Source: Vicugna vicugna (Eukaryota). Taken from it: a stretch of DNA of 64,000 bases. Both the position numbers and the translations under genes were made by a program. Below, piece after piece: positions 25,240 through 37,570 of this stretch; the first letter of the stretch is position 1, and every line of letters starts with the position of its first letter. The notes under the pieces are model-generated. The model was given only the letters and a program-made list of their open reading frames with translations, was not told where the DNA came from and searched no databases. Where the stretch lies: the NCBI GenBank assembly GCA_013265495.1, contig MU058584.1:7158407-7222406 (forward strand), given 5' to 3'.

Positions 25240-27899
25240 TTTTTTTTTTAAATCAGGGAGTACTCTTCTACTTCCCAGTAGAGTAAGTTTTCACCACCTT
25301 AAAGAGAATAAATTTCATTTCATCAGACTTGAGCCTGTGGGGTGTAAGCTAAAGTGCTTAAAACAGCATACAAAGCCCTATTTAGGGTCCCCCTCCACTT
25401 CCCTGACTTCAACTGCTCCCTCTCACCTGCTCCACTCCAGTGATCCTGGCCTCCATGCTAGGTCTCAATATGTAAGAAAGAGTTAAAAACATGAGAAAAC
25501 AGAGATAACTTTCTTAAGAGAACACATGGAGGAAATTAGTGACATTTTTATAAAATGAAAGAGCAGACTGTACAGGACAGGAGGAAAAATAGGAGACTCT
25601 CCCCTTGAAATTGAGACATCAACTGCTTTAAGATTTTAACGTGGAGTCAGCAGACAGCAGAACATTTCTAACTCTCTCACTTTTACTGAGTTGCTTAAAC
25701 AATGATTCCATTTCCTCATCTGTAAAATAGTGATTTCTAGGCTTCGACATGGAGTTGGGATGGTCAAATCAGGTTACCACAAACATGCAAAAACATTCTG
25801 TAAACTATAATGTTCTGTTTTAAAGCACAGCTCTAGGTGCTCCAAGAAAAGGGGTAAGTTTGGTAAGTACTGGGTTAAACAAAGCCAAGTTTGGTTTGGT
25901 TTGGTTTGGTTTTGCTACAGAAAATCTCACAGCCTTTTATATGCCAATATGCATTGTAATTTTCCAGGAAAATACCTGAATATGCAACATACTGAACATT
26001 TTCTTGAGAAAAAGCTGACATATGCAAACTTGAGTCTTCAGTATCTTGGACTAGAAGATGGACGAATAATGAGACTGGCTAAGATGTACTGAGTGGCTGG
26101 TTTACTATGTGGTAGGCACTGTGCTCAGTGATTTACACACTATTTTCTCTTACTCTTTACATCACTCTTTTGAAGTAGGCACTAGGAAACTAAGAAAATT
26201 AAGGCTTAGTAAAGATAAGTAACTAATAGCGTTAGTCACTCTACTCATTGAAATAGCAGAAACATAGGCATAAATTAATCAATGGCTGTGCCTGATCAGT
26301 TTCAATATTTATCCAATTAGCTGTCTATCAGGTTACACAGTTCTGTTCTAGGAAGACCACTTCCCTGTAACAACCTAGTAGTCCTCTTTCCGTTTCCACA
26401 AGAAGAAACACCTCTAAGAACTTTAAGTATAATGAGACATAAGTTTGTTGGTTAATACTATATACTTAAAAAAAAAAAAAGCCCAGAGTCCAGTTTCATA
26501 AACCAAATAGAGTAAAATTTTAAGCTGACTTCCCATCAAAACAAATTGATACATACACTTTCCTTTGATATGAAATGCTTTTCCAAACCAGAAACTTTAT
26601 CACTTGTAGCAAAAACCAAATACTTGCTACCTAAGTAACAGCTCTAGAGTTCTTTATAATATTTCTGTCACGTACATCTGGCAACTGACCCATTTTATTC
26701 CCTATACTTTGATTTCAGAATAATTCATTCATGCAGAAACGTTACAGAATGCATCAAAAAACAGATGACAAAGGAAGCAACCGAAAAATTAAGAGCTTTT
26801 CTTTTAATTATACCTGTATTTTATTTATATTTTAAACTCTACAAACGGGCTGCCTCAACATCCAAAAGCAGATAACAGGCAGACTTACATAACATCTTTG
26901 TGAAACATACAGGAAAGCTACAAATTTAATACAAGTTTCATTATGAGCAAACCCAAACTCGGGTCAGTAATCCAAGGATCAGCTTTATGAAGGCAAGAAA
27001 TCACTGTCTGACAAACATAAAAGCCATCAGCAAAGCAGCTGGCAGATTAATTAACGCGCTTAATGAACAACAGGGCAACTGATATTTGTACCAAACAACT
27101 AGTAGAAATAAACCATGCTCAGACATTAAGATTTGTAAATATCCTACCTAAGGTACCCCCTCAAAAAATACATATGAATGCAGGTGTTTGTGTCTAGGTA
27201 TACATATGTAAATAGAAGAGCCTATATGATGTATTTCAACACTGAAGGGAGACCACCAATACACTTAAGTGTCACATCTTTGCTTCTTATGCCATCATTA
27301 TACGTTTACAATTTCTTGTATGTATGTTTTGAAAAGATAGTACGTTCTATATTCACTGGCTTTACACGTAATAAACTTCTAACCTGTTGTTTAGTAAATG
27401 TTGGTTTCATTTTTGCTTTACGCAAACAAGCAAACCAAAACCCCTGGTATTTCATTTCACAAAAAGCTCGAATCCGAACAGAGGCTTTCCTTTTCCCAGC
27501 CTCCGTTCCCTTTCTGACTCCTCTTCCTCATCTCTCATCTCAGCAGTCTTGGCTGGTGCAGTTTCACGGAAATAAGTGACTTGGATGGACACAGGCTGGA
27601 GATGTTATTCCCAAAACCTGTCAAAGTGTAATGATTCACCTCACCTTCCGGTCATTATAAACGCAGCGGGGTTGGCGCTCTCTCTCCCAAGCCTTTGAAT
27701 AATGAAACAAATCATCCCCTCCAGCAAGCCGCTCCGTTCAACCCCCCACCCCATCTGTCTCACCAGGCCACGTCCCCCGACATCTGCTCCTCACTCCAGT
27801 CCTTTCTGCCCCAAGATACCCACTCAGGTTCCCGGCTGCCACTCACTCCTCTCCAATCTTCCCGTCTCCCCAGAGCACCCTGCAATTTGCATTCTCTCC

Positions 27900-28660
27900 C
27901 TTAACCGCCCCCCACCACACACCCCAGCTCCCGTCGTCCCTCCTAGGGGCACCTCCGACCCTACCCCAGCCTTTTCCCCCTCGGGGCTCCCTCCCCGGCC
28001 CCTCGAGGCCGGTCCCCAGCCCGACGCGGACGTTGGGAGCGGCGGGGCAGGGGCGTCGTCCCGGTTTCCTTCCTCCGCACATCAGCCCCTCCCGTCGGGA
28101 CCAGGCGGGCGCCCGTACCTGAGTCTCCCTGGGAGCTCCGGGCAGCTCTCGGGGGCGGGTAGCGCTGGGTGGGTGTGGGAAGGAGTGGGAAGCGGAGGAA
28201 GAAAGCGGGGTGGGCAACACAGTGGGCGCGGACACGGCGTCGGCCGCTCCGCTGCAGCTGCGCCCCCGCTCATCGAGCCGATCGGCGCTCCGCGGCCTGG
28301 CGCCTGGCGGCGGGGGCGGGTCCAGGCCGCGGAGATCGTCGAGGGAGTCGATCCCACCCTTCGCTCTCTACCTAGAGGTCCCGGCGGACGCCAGGTTTGG
28401 GTCCAGATCCCCAGGATGTACTTGTGCTTTAAGGCAGAAACAGCAACCTCGGGTTCCTGAGGTCCTCGCCAAGATTGGGCGTTCGAGGGAGGTGGAGGAA
28501 GCTCTGAGAAGTCACCGAGGGCTGGGCGCTGAGGGCTAGCTCGTGACTGGGGTTGATGAGGCGTTAATAAGGTGGTGCTTTGTGCGCGGTCCATCCCCCG
28601 GGCTAAGGAAGCCGAGCAGAAAAACGGGGATGGCTCGAAGCCCGAGGACCGGTTTCGGCT
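27900..28660. promoter_or_regulatory. CpG island / VAMP4 promoter
   Basis: Very high GC and CpG density; GC box (ggggcggg ~28313) in an otherwise AT-rich region. Confidence 0.9.
28119..28310 (-). other. VAMP4: VAMP4 non-coding exon 1 (5' end approximate)
   Basis: Donor CAG|GTACGG at 28119/28118 inside the CpG island; the TSS is not defined by sequence. Confidence 0.75.
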
Positions 28661-30019
28661 AGTCTAGAGCCTTTTCTGAAGAAAGGAGATTTGTGTGATC
28701 CCTTGTTTATAGCATCAGAGGTGGACCTGGAGAGAGATCTTCAGGGTACTCATTAAGTCTCCTTGTTTTAGACAGTAGGAATCTCTGGACCAAAGAGATA
28801 TACGTGACGTTGCACAGCTAGTTTGGACAGATTTGAGACGAGGTCTCAGTGTTCTTTCCCCTGTATGCTGTAGAGTTCTAACGTAAAATAACTGGGTCAT
28901 ACACCAGGCAGACACCGGAGCCTTCAGGTTTCAGGTGGGAAATCACTCTCGCGTGGCCATTACACTGTTCTCTTCTCTTCCTACCTCCCCTCCCCCGAAG
29001 TTAGTAGCATATTTAAGGCTGCAGTAGCTGGGCATAGTAATCCAAAGCAATTCCACTTTTTTTTTTTTGCTTTCTCCTTTTTGTCTTACTTATCCATCCC
29101 TCCCACACATGCCCCAGGTGGATTGTTTTATCGGCCCCCCCCCATCAATTTGCTTGCTACTCATCTTTCTTACTAAATATCTCTGGGCCCTTTGTGTAAT
29201 ACAGTTTAGTGCATATAAGCCAAACAAACGCTAATTAATTGAAAGATACCTTGGTGAGGGCAATGACTCTCAAGTTAATTATGTAGAGATGAACCACCTG
29301 GAACGCTTTAGCAATGACTGATGCCCAGGCACTGCTCTGACGTTCTGATTTAATTGGCCTGAGATGTTGAGAAGGAGCGAGCCATAGGTTGTCAACTGAA
29401 GCTTCTGAAAGCCTGGTGTTAGACTGACACACTATCTGTCGGACCCAAGCTTACATGGACTGAAATGGTCTACCTAGAAGGCAAGCTACTTATAGCATGT
29501 TTGTCTGTGTAGGCATGTTAGTGGGATTACCCATCCATAGATGTCTCAGAAGGTCTTTTTTTCCTTCTACAGGTGATTTTATATCTGCGTATCTGTTTGA
29601 TATAGGTGCTTCCCAGCTTTGCTGCCTTAGCCAATTAGAGGTTTAACCAGTTACAGCCTCAGCCCTTTTTACAGGACAACTTAAGGCAATATGATGGGTG
29701 CACTGTACCAGCATATCATTGCATAACTTGTGTGAATCAACCATTCTTTTGGGCTTTTTTTTAACCATAGTTCTTTAGTTCTGCCAAACATTTTGGAATG
29801 ATTGCTTTAGAGAGGGGTAATGCAAATCTCACTCTTTAATCACCTGAACAAAGTCTCTCTATCCCCGACACTTCTGAAACCTTAGGACATGTCTTTTTAC
29901 AGTTACTGTAGATCAGGTATGCCTGGCTGCAAAGGCCGGCTGAACAGGTGCATGGTCATTCAGGAAAATCAGGTTGGCCAGGGACCTGGAACAGGGTGAG
30001 CGTCAGGAGAGGCCAGGAT

Positions 30020-31265
30020 ATTAACCCCTCATCAGACACATGATTTGCAAATACTTACTTCCATCTCACAGGCTGCCTTTTCACTCTGTTTATTGTTTCC
30101 TTTGATGCATAGAAGCTTGATGTAGTCCTATCTTGTTGCCTGTGCTTTCGGTGTCGTATCCAAGAAGATACTGCCAAATCCAATGTCATGAATCCAATAT
30201 CCTATGTTTCTTCCAGGAGCGTTATAGTTTTGGGTCTTACCTCAAAATGGATTAAAGACATAAATGGTATTTTTATACATGGTGAGGATAGGGCCCAACT
30301 TTGTTCTTTTGCATGTAGCTATCCAGTTTTCCCAATAACAAGGAGGTTGGTATTTTTGAGGCTAATGGAGCAGGCCAGTGTGTCTGGAGCTTGGTAAACA
30401 GGGAAAGTGGTAGAAGAGAACTTTGGAGCTGTAGGCAGGGTCTGGGTCGTGAAAGAAATTTATAGGACATGCAGAGTCTAGATTCCATTCTCATTGCATT
30501 GGGAAGCCACTGGAGAGTGACATGAACAGATCTATACTTTTAAATAATCATTGTTTTCCTCAAAAAGTTAAATATATTTGACACAACATTGTAAAGTGAC
30601 TATAACTCAATAAAAAATGTTTTAAAAAAAGTTAAACAGAGAATTATATGGCCCAGCAATTCCACTCCTCCATATAAATTCTAGATAACCGAAAACACAC
30701 ATTCATACAAAAACTTGTACATGAATGTTCATAGCAACATTATTCATCATTGCCAAAATGTGTTAACAACACAACTGTTCACCTGTTGATGAATACATAT
30801 ACCACATTTTGTTTATCCATATGATGAAATATTATTCAGGTAATACATGGAATGAAGTACTGTTACATGCTACAACATGGATGAACCTTGAGAACATTAT
30901 GCTAAGTGGAAGAAGCCAGTCACAAAAGACCACATACTATATGATTCCTTTTTTTATGAAATCTCCAGAGTCAGAAATCTATAGAAACAGTAGATGAATG
31001 AATGGTTGCAAGATGGTATGAGGAGGGAAAAATAGGACTACCTGCTAATAGGTAGGGGGTTTCTTCTGTGGGTGATAAAAAGATTCTGGAATTAGGTAGT
31101 GGTAATGGTTGCATAGCATTATGAATATACTAAAACCCACTGAAGTGTACTTTTTAATGGTCTTTTTTTTTTAATAAAGGGGGAAAGATTTATTTGATCT
31201 GAAGAGGAACCAGAGTATAAATTGTGAATTTTGTTATGTGAAGTGTATCTTGATTAAAAAAATGC
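30020..31265. mobile_element. Old L1 fragments (minus 30020-30340; plus 30560-31265) with L2-like pieces between
   Basis: L1 3' motifs (gcaattccactcct; atggatgaaccttgagaacattatgctaag). Confidence 0.75.
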
Positions 31266-32502
31266 TTCATATTAAAAAAAATCACTGTGGCTGCTGTGTG
31301 GTAAATGGGCTGAGGTTGGGCAAGAGCAAAGGAGGCAAAGGAGGCAAAGGAGGGCACTAGGTAAAGGATCAGAAGGCTAGACGTTTGATCAAATTCACAT
31401 ACTGAGAAATAGATAGATCTTTCTGATTCCAAATCCCATATTCTTAACATCTGGACTAAATAGTTTCCTATTAATAACAGGGATTTAAATTTAGCCCAGG
31501 ATCCCCTTTCCTGCCATCTCTCTCTAGAAATGTTCACACCATACTTCCTGAGGACATGTCTCTGCTGAGTTTTCAAACACTAGAATGGTTGCTTGGATGA
31601 AATTTCCACATACTAGGAAAAACATTTTCCTTCTTCGTATCAGAACAAATGAGCATAAAGGTACACTGTTCAAAGATGAGAGGGATTAAGAACAGTAAAA
31701 GGTTTGGCACTGTAATTTGAGATTCTTCTTAGGGGAAGACCTTTCTGCACCCTTATGGCAAGAAAAGCGTTTTAGCTTTAGAGAGGGATTGCATATTAGA
31801 CTAAAGGGAATTTTGTTCTCCTGGATTCTTTGAAGTTCTCTGGATCTGAATGTTAAAAAAATACCTTAGGTGGAGCACTTAAGGGATTTTTATTTATTAA
31901 ATGCTGTTTTAAAATCCTTTTCTTTGGTGGTAGAAAATGTTATGGGCTGAGGACAGAGGGCATCCAGTAAAATGGGATACATGAGTTGCTCAGGGTAGAT
32001 GTGCTGAGTGCTGGAGTTTGATAAAAACAACTTGTTTTCCAAGGGTTTTTTTTCTTCTGCAAAATAACTGAAACATAAAATAAAGTTATGGAGAAAACAT
32101 TGTAATAGTTTAACCTTGTTATCTTTCCCATTATCCAGGCTGTAAAACACAAAGATGGGATCCAAATGGAGGGCTTCATGAGCCCCCTCACGTAGGGGTC
32201 CGATGCACCGGGCACACACCCTTTGGCACCATTCCCTCATCTTCCCTGGCTTTCCAGTTTTCAAAATGTTACTGCCTGCTGGCCCAGTATGCTATGCCCT
32301 CTGCTTTTCCCCTGCAAAAGTGGACATAAATGCTTTGCAGTCCATGCATTTCAGAAAACTGGTGCACTTACAGTCGGAAACTACTGAACAAAGAAAATCC
32401 TGGGAATCAAGTACGATGCCCAGAGGCAGGCATGGCTGAATTCACTCAGTGATGTACCACTTTTTCATTTATTTGTAATTAATTGGAGTTTTGCCTTAGT
32501 TT

Positions 32503-32527
32503 TGTGTGTGTGTGTGTGTGTGTGTGT
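32503..32527. repeat. (TG)n microsatellite
   Basis: Seen directly. Confidence 0.9.
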
Positions 32528-33413
32528 CTCCATCTCATTAATTCAAAGTAATATATGAGAAAATTCTTGGCAAATGGCAAGTGATACACAAATTAAAAAA
32601 TACTATTATGATTATCCCAATCTTAAGAATCCAGTGTCAGCTAAAGAAGTACTTCTCAGGGAAACAATACCTTCAAAAAACTTTGATGCCAGTTAATAAA
32701 ATGGTACATTATCCTGGGATGTCATGTGTGCCTTCCATTGTTCCAAGACACAGGAGACTATTTATTTCTTAATTTCTCAAATGTGGAAAACAAACTCATT
32801 TGCAAAGGAGACATCCAGTATGAAACAGTTGCCAGCATTATATAGGCCACTCCCTGTTCACCAAGGAGAGGTTCCCTTTAAGCAGTTTTATATCCCACTC
32901 AAGCCTTTTCATGTCTTGGACAACCAACTCCAATTGGATACCATAGAGAGAATCTGAGAAGGGTATGGGCCCTGGGATAGGCATGCCAGGTGGAGAGACT
33001 GGCTTTTAGCTCTGGCTCCGGGTTTTACAAGCGTGATGACCTCTGAAATCCTTGCAGCAACAGTTCTACAAATGATGCTCTATCTCCTTCCCTGTTTGTT
33101 TCTATAGATGATTTCCCCAGTCATCCAGAGGCCAGTGTGGAAACCATTTTGAGTCCCTCAATCCTTCATACCCTATACATCATCAGTCATCAGTGCTTCA
33201 GTTCTTGCTAAGAACATCTCTCATATTATCAGTCCTTTTCAACGGTAACAACCCTCGTTCTCCAATGGCAAGTTTAATCTACATGCTTGGAATAGAAGAA
33301 CTCAATTCTTCTCAAAACCTGACCTTCACCTCAGTTTCTAGCTTTATCTTCGGTTGCTCTCCCCCGACTGTAACCCTCTGCCCAACCACACACTCCCTCT
33401 CACGTCTGTGCAC

Positions 33414-33792
33414 TGTCTTACTTTCCTGTGGCTACTGTAGCAAATTACGAAAAACTCAGCTCTGGAGAAGAATCCTTTTCCTTGACTTTTCCAGCTTCTA
33501 GAGGTACTTTCCTTGGCTCGCGCCCCCACCCCCTCCATCATCAAAGCCAGCAACGCTGAGCCATTCCTCATGCAACCACCTCATTGCTTCTCCCTCTTCT
33601 GCCCTCCTCTCTCACTTTTAAGGACCTTCGTGATTACACTGGGCCCATATGGATAAACTGACTAATCTCCCTATTTTAATGTTAGCTGATTCAGCAACCT
33701 TAATTCCTCTTTGCCATGTAAACTAACGTACTCACAAATTCCGGGAATTAGGACATGGACATCTTTGGAAGTACATTATTCTGCCTACCACA
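33414..33792 (-). mobile_element. MaLR MLT1-type LTR
   Basis: tttcctgtggctactgtagcaaattac ... tattctgcctaccaca termini. Confidence 0.8.
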
Positions 33793-34034
33793 TGCTCTCT
33801 CCCATCCTTGGCCCCCCAAATTTTCAGAAATGCTTTTAGTTATCTATTCCTCATTTGCAATTACCTTAGCAACAGTCACTTAATTGAATATTGTTATGCA
33901 AAATCTTATTTTTCAACTAAGCAAGACTAACTGCAAATTATGTATTCAGAGGTCTGGATTTACATTTTTAGGGAAAAAAAACCCACAATGTTGAATGGCT
34001 TTATCTAAGCTCAGTTTGCATTTTAAACCATACT

Positions 34035-34733
34035 TGTTTGAAAAGATATATGCACCCCAATGTTCATAGCAGCATTATTTACACCTGCCAAGATATGGAA
34101 GCAAGCTAAATGTCCATCAACAGATGAATGGACAAAAAAGATGTAGTGTATATATACAATGGAATCCTACTCAGCCATAAAAACGTGATATTTTGCTGTT
34201 TGCAGCAATGTGGATGGACTTGGAGGGCATTATGCTAAGTGAAATAAGTCAGACAGAGAAAGGCAAATATTGTATGATATTACTTACATATGGAGTCTAA
34301 AAAATACATCGGTGGGGAGGGTATAGCTCGGTGGTAGAGCGCATGCTTAGCATGTACGAGGTCCTGGGTTCAACCCCCAGGACCATCATTAAAAATAAAT
34401 AAATAAATAAATAAATCTAATTACCTCTTCTGCCCCTGCCAAAAATAAAAAATAGAAAAATTAAAAATATAATAAACTAGTATATATAACAAAGAAGCAG
34501 CAGACTCACAGATATAGAGAACACACTAGTGGTTACCAGTGGGGAGAGGGGCACAGTGGGTAAGGGATTAAGAGGTACAAACTATTAGATATAAAATAGG
34601 CTCCAAGGATATACTGTGGAACACAGGGATGATAGCCAATATTTCGTAATAACTCTAAAAATTGTGAATCACTAATATTGTACACCTGTAACATATACTA
34701 TTATACATCAACTATACTTCAATTAAAAAAAAA
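34035..34733 (+). mobile_element. L1 3' end with nested Vic-1-like SINE (34311-~34465)
   Basis: L1 ORF2 end and 3'UTR continue on both sides of ggggagggtatagctcggtggtagagcgcatgcttagc. Confidence 0.87.
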
Positions 34734-35840
34734 TCATACTGGTAACCACTCAGAGGATCCTAATAAAATACAAAGTATTTTAATATCTAATTGGCCTAAA
34801 TTAACCAAGGACACTAATGATAACATACCTATTAATTGTATTTCACAGGCAAAACTTGAGAGAAATGTTTCAATTATGAGTATTCTAAAAGACAGACTCT
34901 AATATTATATATCTAAAGTATTTTTGTGTCAGTCATTCATACACTTTCGGGAAATTTCCCCAGCAAGTTTTAGCTTAAAGTGCTCTGGTTGTTACTGCTT
35001 TCTTAGGCAGGCACAGGAGGAGATAGGTGAGTTACTTACCCTCTTCGTCTGAGACATAGTGCAAACAATAATTTGTCTTTTTAGGGCATCAAATAAGGGG
35101 TGGAGCTCAGGCTGCGCTGATTGAAATCACTTCTTATGACCTTTTCCAATATCATGTCCTTATCAGAAAGGACAGTAGACAGAGAGGGAAAAGAAGCAGT
35201 TTCCTGAAGAGACCTGCAGAGGGTGAAAATTCTTGATTCTTACCTACGTCATCCCGATACTACTGCAACAAGTTTAGGTGTGCAGTATTTAACAAAATAG
35301 TCAGATTATAGAATCTTTAAAAATCTTTTTGTCCCTTCCTTAGAAAAGCCTTCTCAGTCACCCCCTAAATCAGAAGATGTCTCAAAGATATCTGATCTTG
35401 TGGAATCTTATGCTTCTCCTTCACAGCGCATATCACAAACCTTCATTACAGATTATTTTTTGTAATTATTTGATGTGTGTCTTCCATACAATTGCCTTGC
35501 TCACCATTGCATCCTTAGCTTTCACCACAGAGATTGGTTCATATTAGTCAGTTTAAATGTTTGTTGAATTGAATAAATCCTTGAAGGGAGAGGGGACAGG
35601 CTGTGCTTTTTTGGTATTATATAGCAGTTCAAGGACAGTGTCCTCAGCCCTCAATAAATGTTCTCTGCAAGAGCCCACATCTCACCCATTAGGAACCCTG
35701 CATGATGCAGTAGCAGACGCCACCTCAGAGGCTCCTTCCAGCTCACCTTATCTTAGGTAGAGAGGAAATGATGTGAACCCAGCAAGCCGTATATGAAAAT
35801 AGATTTTCTTTGATGTGACTTGTCACAATTATATTTAAAA

Positions 35841-36025
35841 GCAGTAGTTCTCAAAGTGTGGTCCCTGGGTCAACAACATCTGTATCACCTGAGAACTTGT
35901 TAGAACTGCAAATCCTTGGGCCCCACTATAGACCTGGTGGATCAGAAACTCTGGAGCTAGGGCTCAGCAATCTGTTTTTTAACCCCCCAGGTGATTCTGA
36001 TGCATGCAGAGTTTGAGAATTACCC
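35841..36025 (+). mobile_element. MER5A hAT-Charlie MITE
   Basis: cagtagttctcaaagtgtggtcc...gtttgagaattac inverted termini. Confidence 0.85.
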
Positions 36026-36689
36026 CCTTTAAACCAAAGTTCAAGCCCAGTTTAACCAATGTATAGAGTCTACTTGGCTATCTATGCTAGTGAGGTTTAA
36101 AATAGCCCAGACTACAACGCTCAGTTCCAAGCTTACCTGCCCCTAGTCTGTAATTTCCCCCTTGCAATATGTAATGCTGTGAAAGCTCAACGATGCATGT
36201 ATTTTAAAACAGTGCTCTTCACAGGAACTTACTTAGGTATTTGGATGAGCATCCGAAAGCACAGTATGTTCATTAAACACATAAAACAAGCAGTCGTAAC
36301 TACTTAATAGATGACATCAGAATGACGACCTAAGGAGGCCCATTACCAAAATGAGTCTTAAGTTTGCATACTGTGCTTTGAGAGGAGGAGGGATAGTACC
36401 CACTTCTGAACACCTAGTTGTTATTCTTTTCCTCTGAATTTTCATGGTATTACATTATTAATAGTGGCATCTTATGTTCTGGTGCTGAAAAAATTGAGCC
36501 AAGGGCCATTTCCCTCCAAATTAAACTTGAATTACACAAGTAAAGGCGGGGGTGGTGGTGGGGGCGGGAGATGCAGAATTTAACATGGCTGGGATGGGCA
36601 GTTTTCTTCTGCTATGGACTTGGCTCTACTCATCCCTTGCCTCGTTTCCTTCTAATTTACAGGTTTTTCTTCTCGGAGGCACCCTCCTC

Positions 36690-37570
36690 CAGAGTGCCCA
36701 CCGCAGTCCCCTTCAGCCCTTGTGTGGCTCGTGACCAGAACTGGAGACGAAGCTGGCTCCGGGGCGAAAGGAACACAGTGCCTGGGAAGCCGGCGCGCTC
36801 TCTTGCGCGGCTGGAAAGCCCAGAGCTGAGAAGGATGCTCCCGCGCAGCAATCGGTCGCGAACTAGGCACTAAGCCAGACGGGCCTCTCCTGCCCCGCCT
36901 CCGGCCGGCGGCCCCGCCCCGTTCAGGCCTACGTAAATAAGCGCGCGCCGCCTGCGACGAAGCCGTCGGCGTGGGGCCAGCGCGTCGCAGCCAATGAGGT
37001 TCCAAGAACCAAAATCACTAACCAATGAGCTGCTGGCATGGTGGGCGGCCGACCAATCGCGAAGCCTCGCACCCGGATATGATTGCCGGTTCTGAAACCA
37101 AGATCTAAAAAAAAATGTGAGGGGCTCCCCACGTGGGGCAGGGCCATTGGGCGCGGAGCAGGGGGTGAGGGTTTATTAGGTTTAGTGTCTCGAGCGCGTG
37201 GTGGGAGTGTAAGGGTCATCCCTTTGGGCTTTGAGGTGGGAGAGGTGGTGCAGATCAATGTGGCTGTTTGTTCGTGGAAAGAATTCCCGCTGCGGTGTCC
37301 CAGAGCCAGCGCGTGGGGAAGCCCGTCCTCCGATGGTACAGCACAGGGAGTAGGAGAGTCTTAAAGACGCGTCTCGGGCAGTGGGAATATGAATCTCTTA
37401 CCTAAAAGCTCTAAGGAGTTTGGCTCCGTTGACTATTGGGAGAAGTTCTTCCAGCAGCGGGGAAAGAAAGCTTTCGAGTGGTATGGAAACTACCTAGAAC
37501 TATGCGGGGTGCTACACAAATACATCAAGCCCAGGGAAAAGGTAAGAGCGCGGCCTGGCAGCCCTGTGTG
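36690..37570. promoter_or_regulatory. CpG island / METTL13 promoter with GC box and CCAAT boxes
   Basis: CpG-rich; GC box ~36911-36921; CCAAT at 36991, 37022, 37053; reverse ATTGG at 37146. Confidence 0.9.
37389..37541 (+). CDS. METTL13: METTL13 (eEF1A lysine and N-terminal methyltransferase) exon 1
   Basis: MNLLPKSSKEFGSVDYWEKFFQQRGKKAFEWYG...PREK; 153 nt; donor AAG|GTAAGA. Confidence 0.97.

Noticed and set aside
28150..28215. G-run cluster (possible G-quadruplex) on the VAMP4 template strand
   Set aside because: Common in CpG-island first exons; nothing distinguishes it here.
27702..28594. Long Pro/Gly/Arg-rich ORFs (252, 170, 130 aa) over the VAMP4 promoter
   Set aside because: Expected stop-codon scarcity in a CpG island; low complexity. 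Only the spliced uORF portion was retained as a finding.
36552..37364. Several ORFs across the METTL13 CpG island
   Set aside because: GC-rich artefacts, many with non-ATG starts, and no homology recognised.
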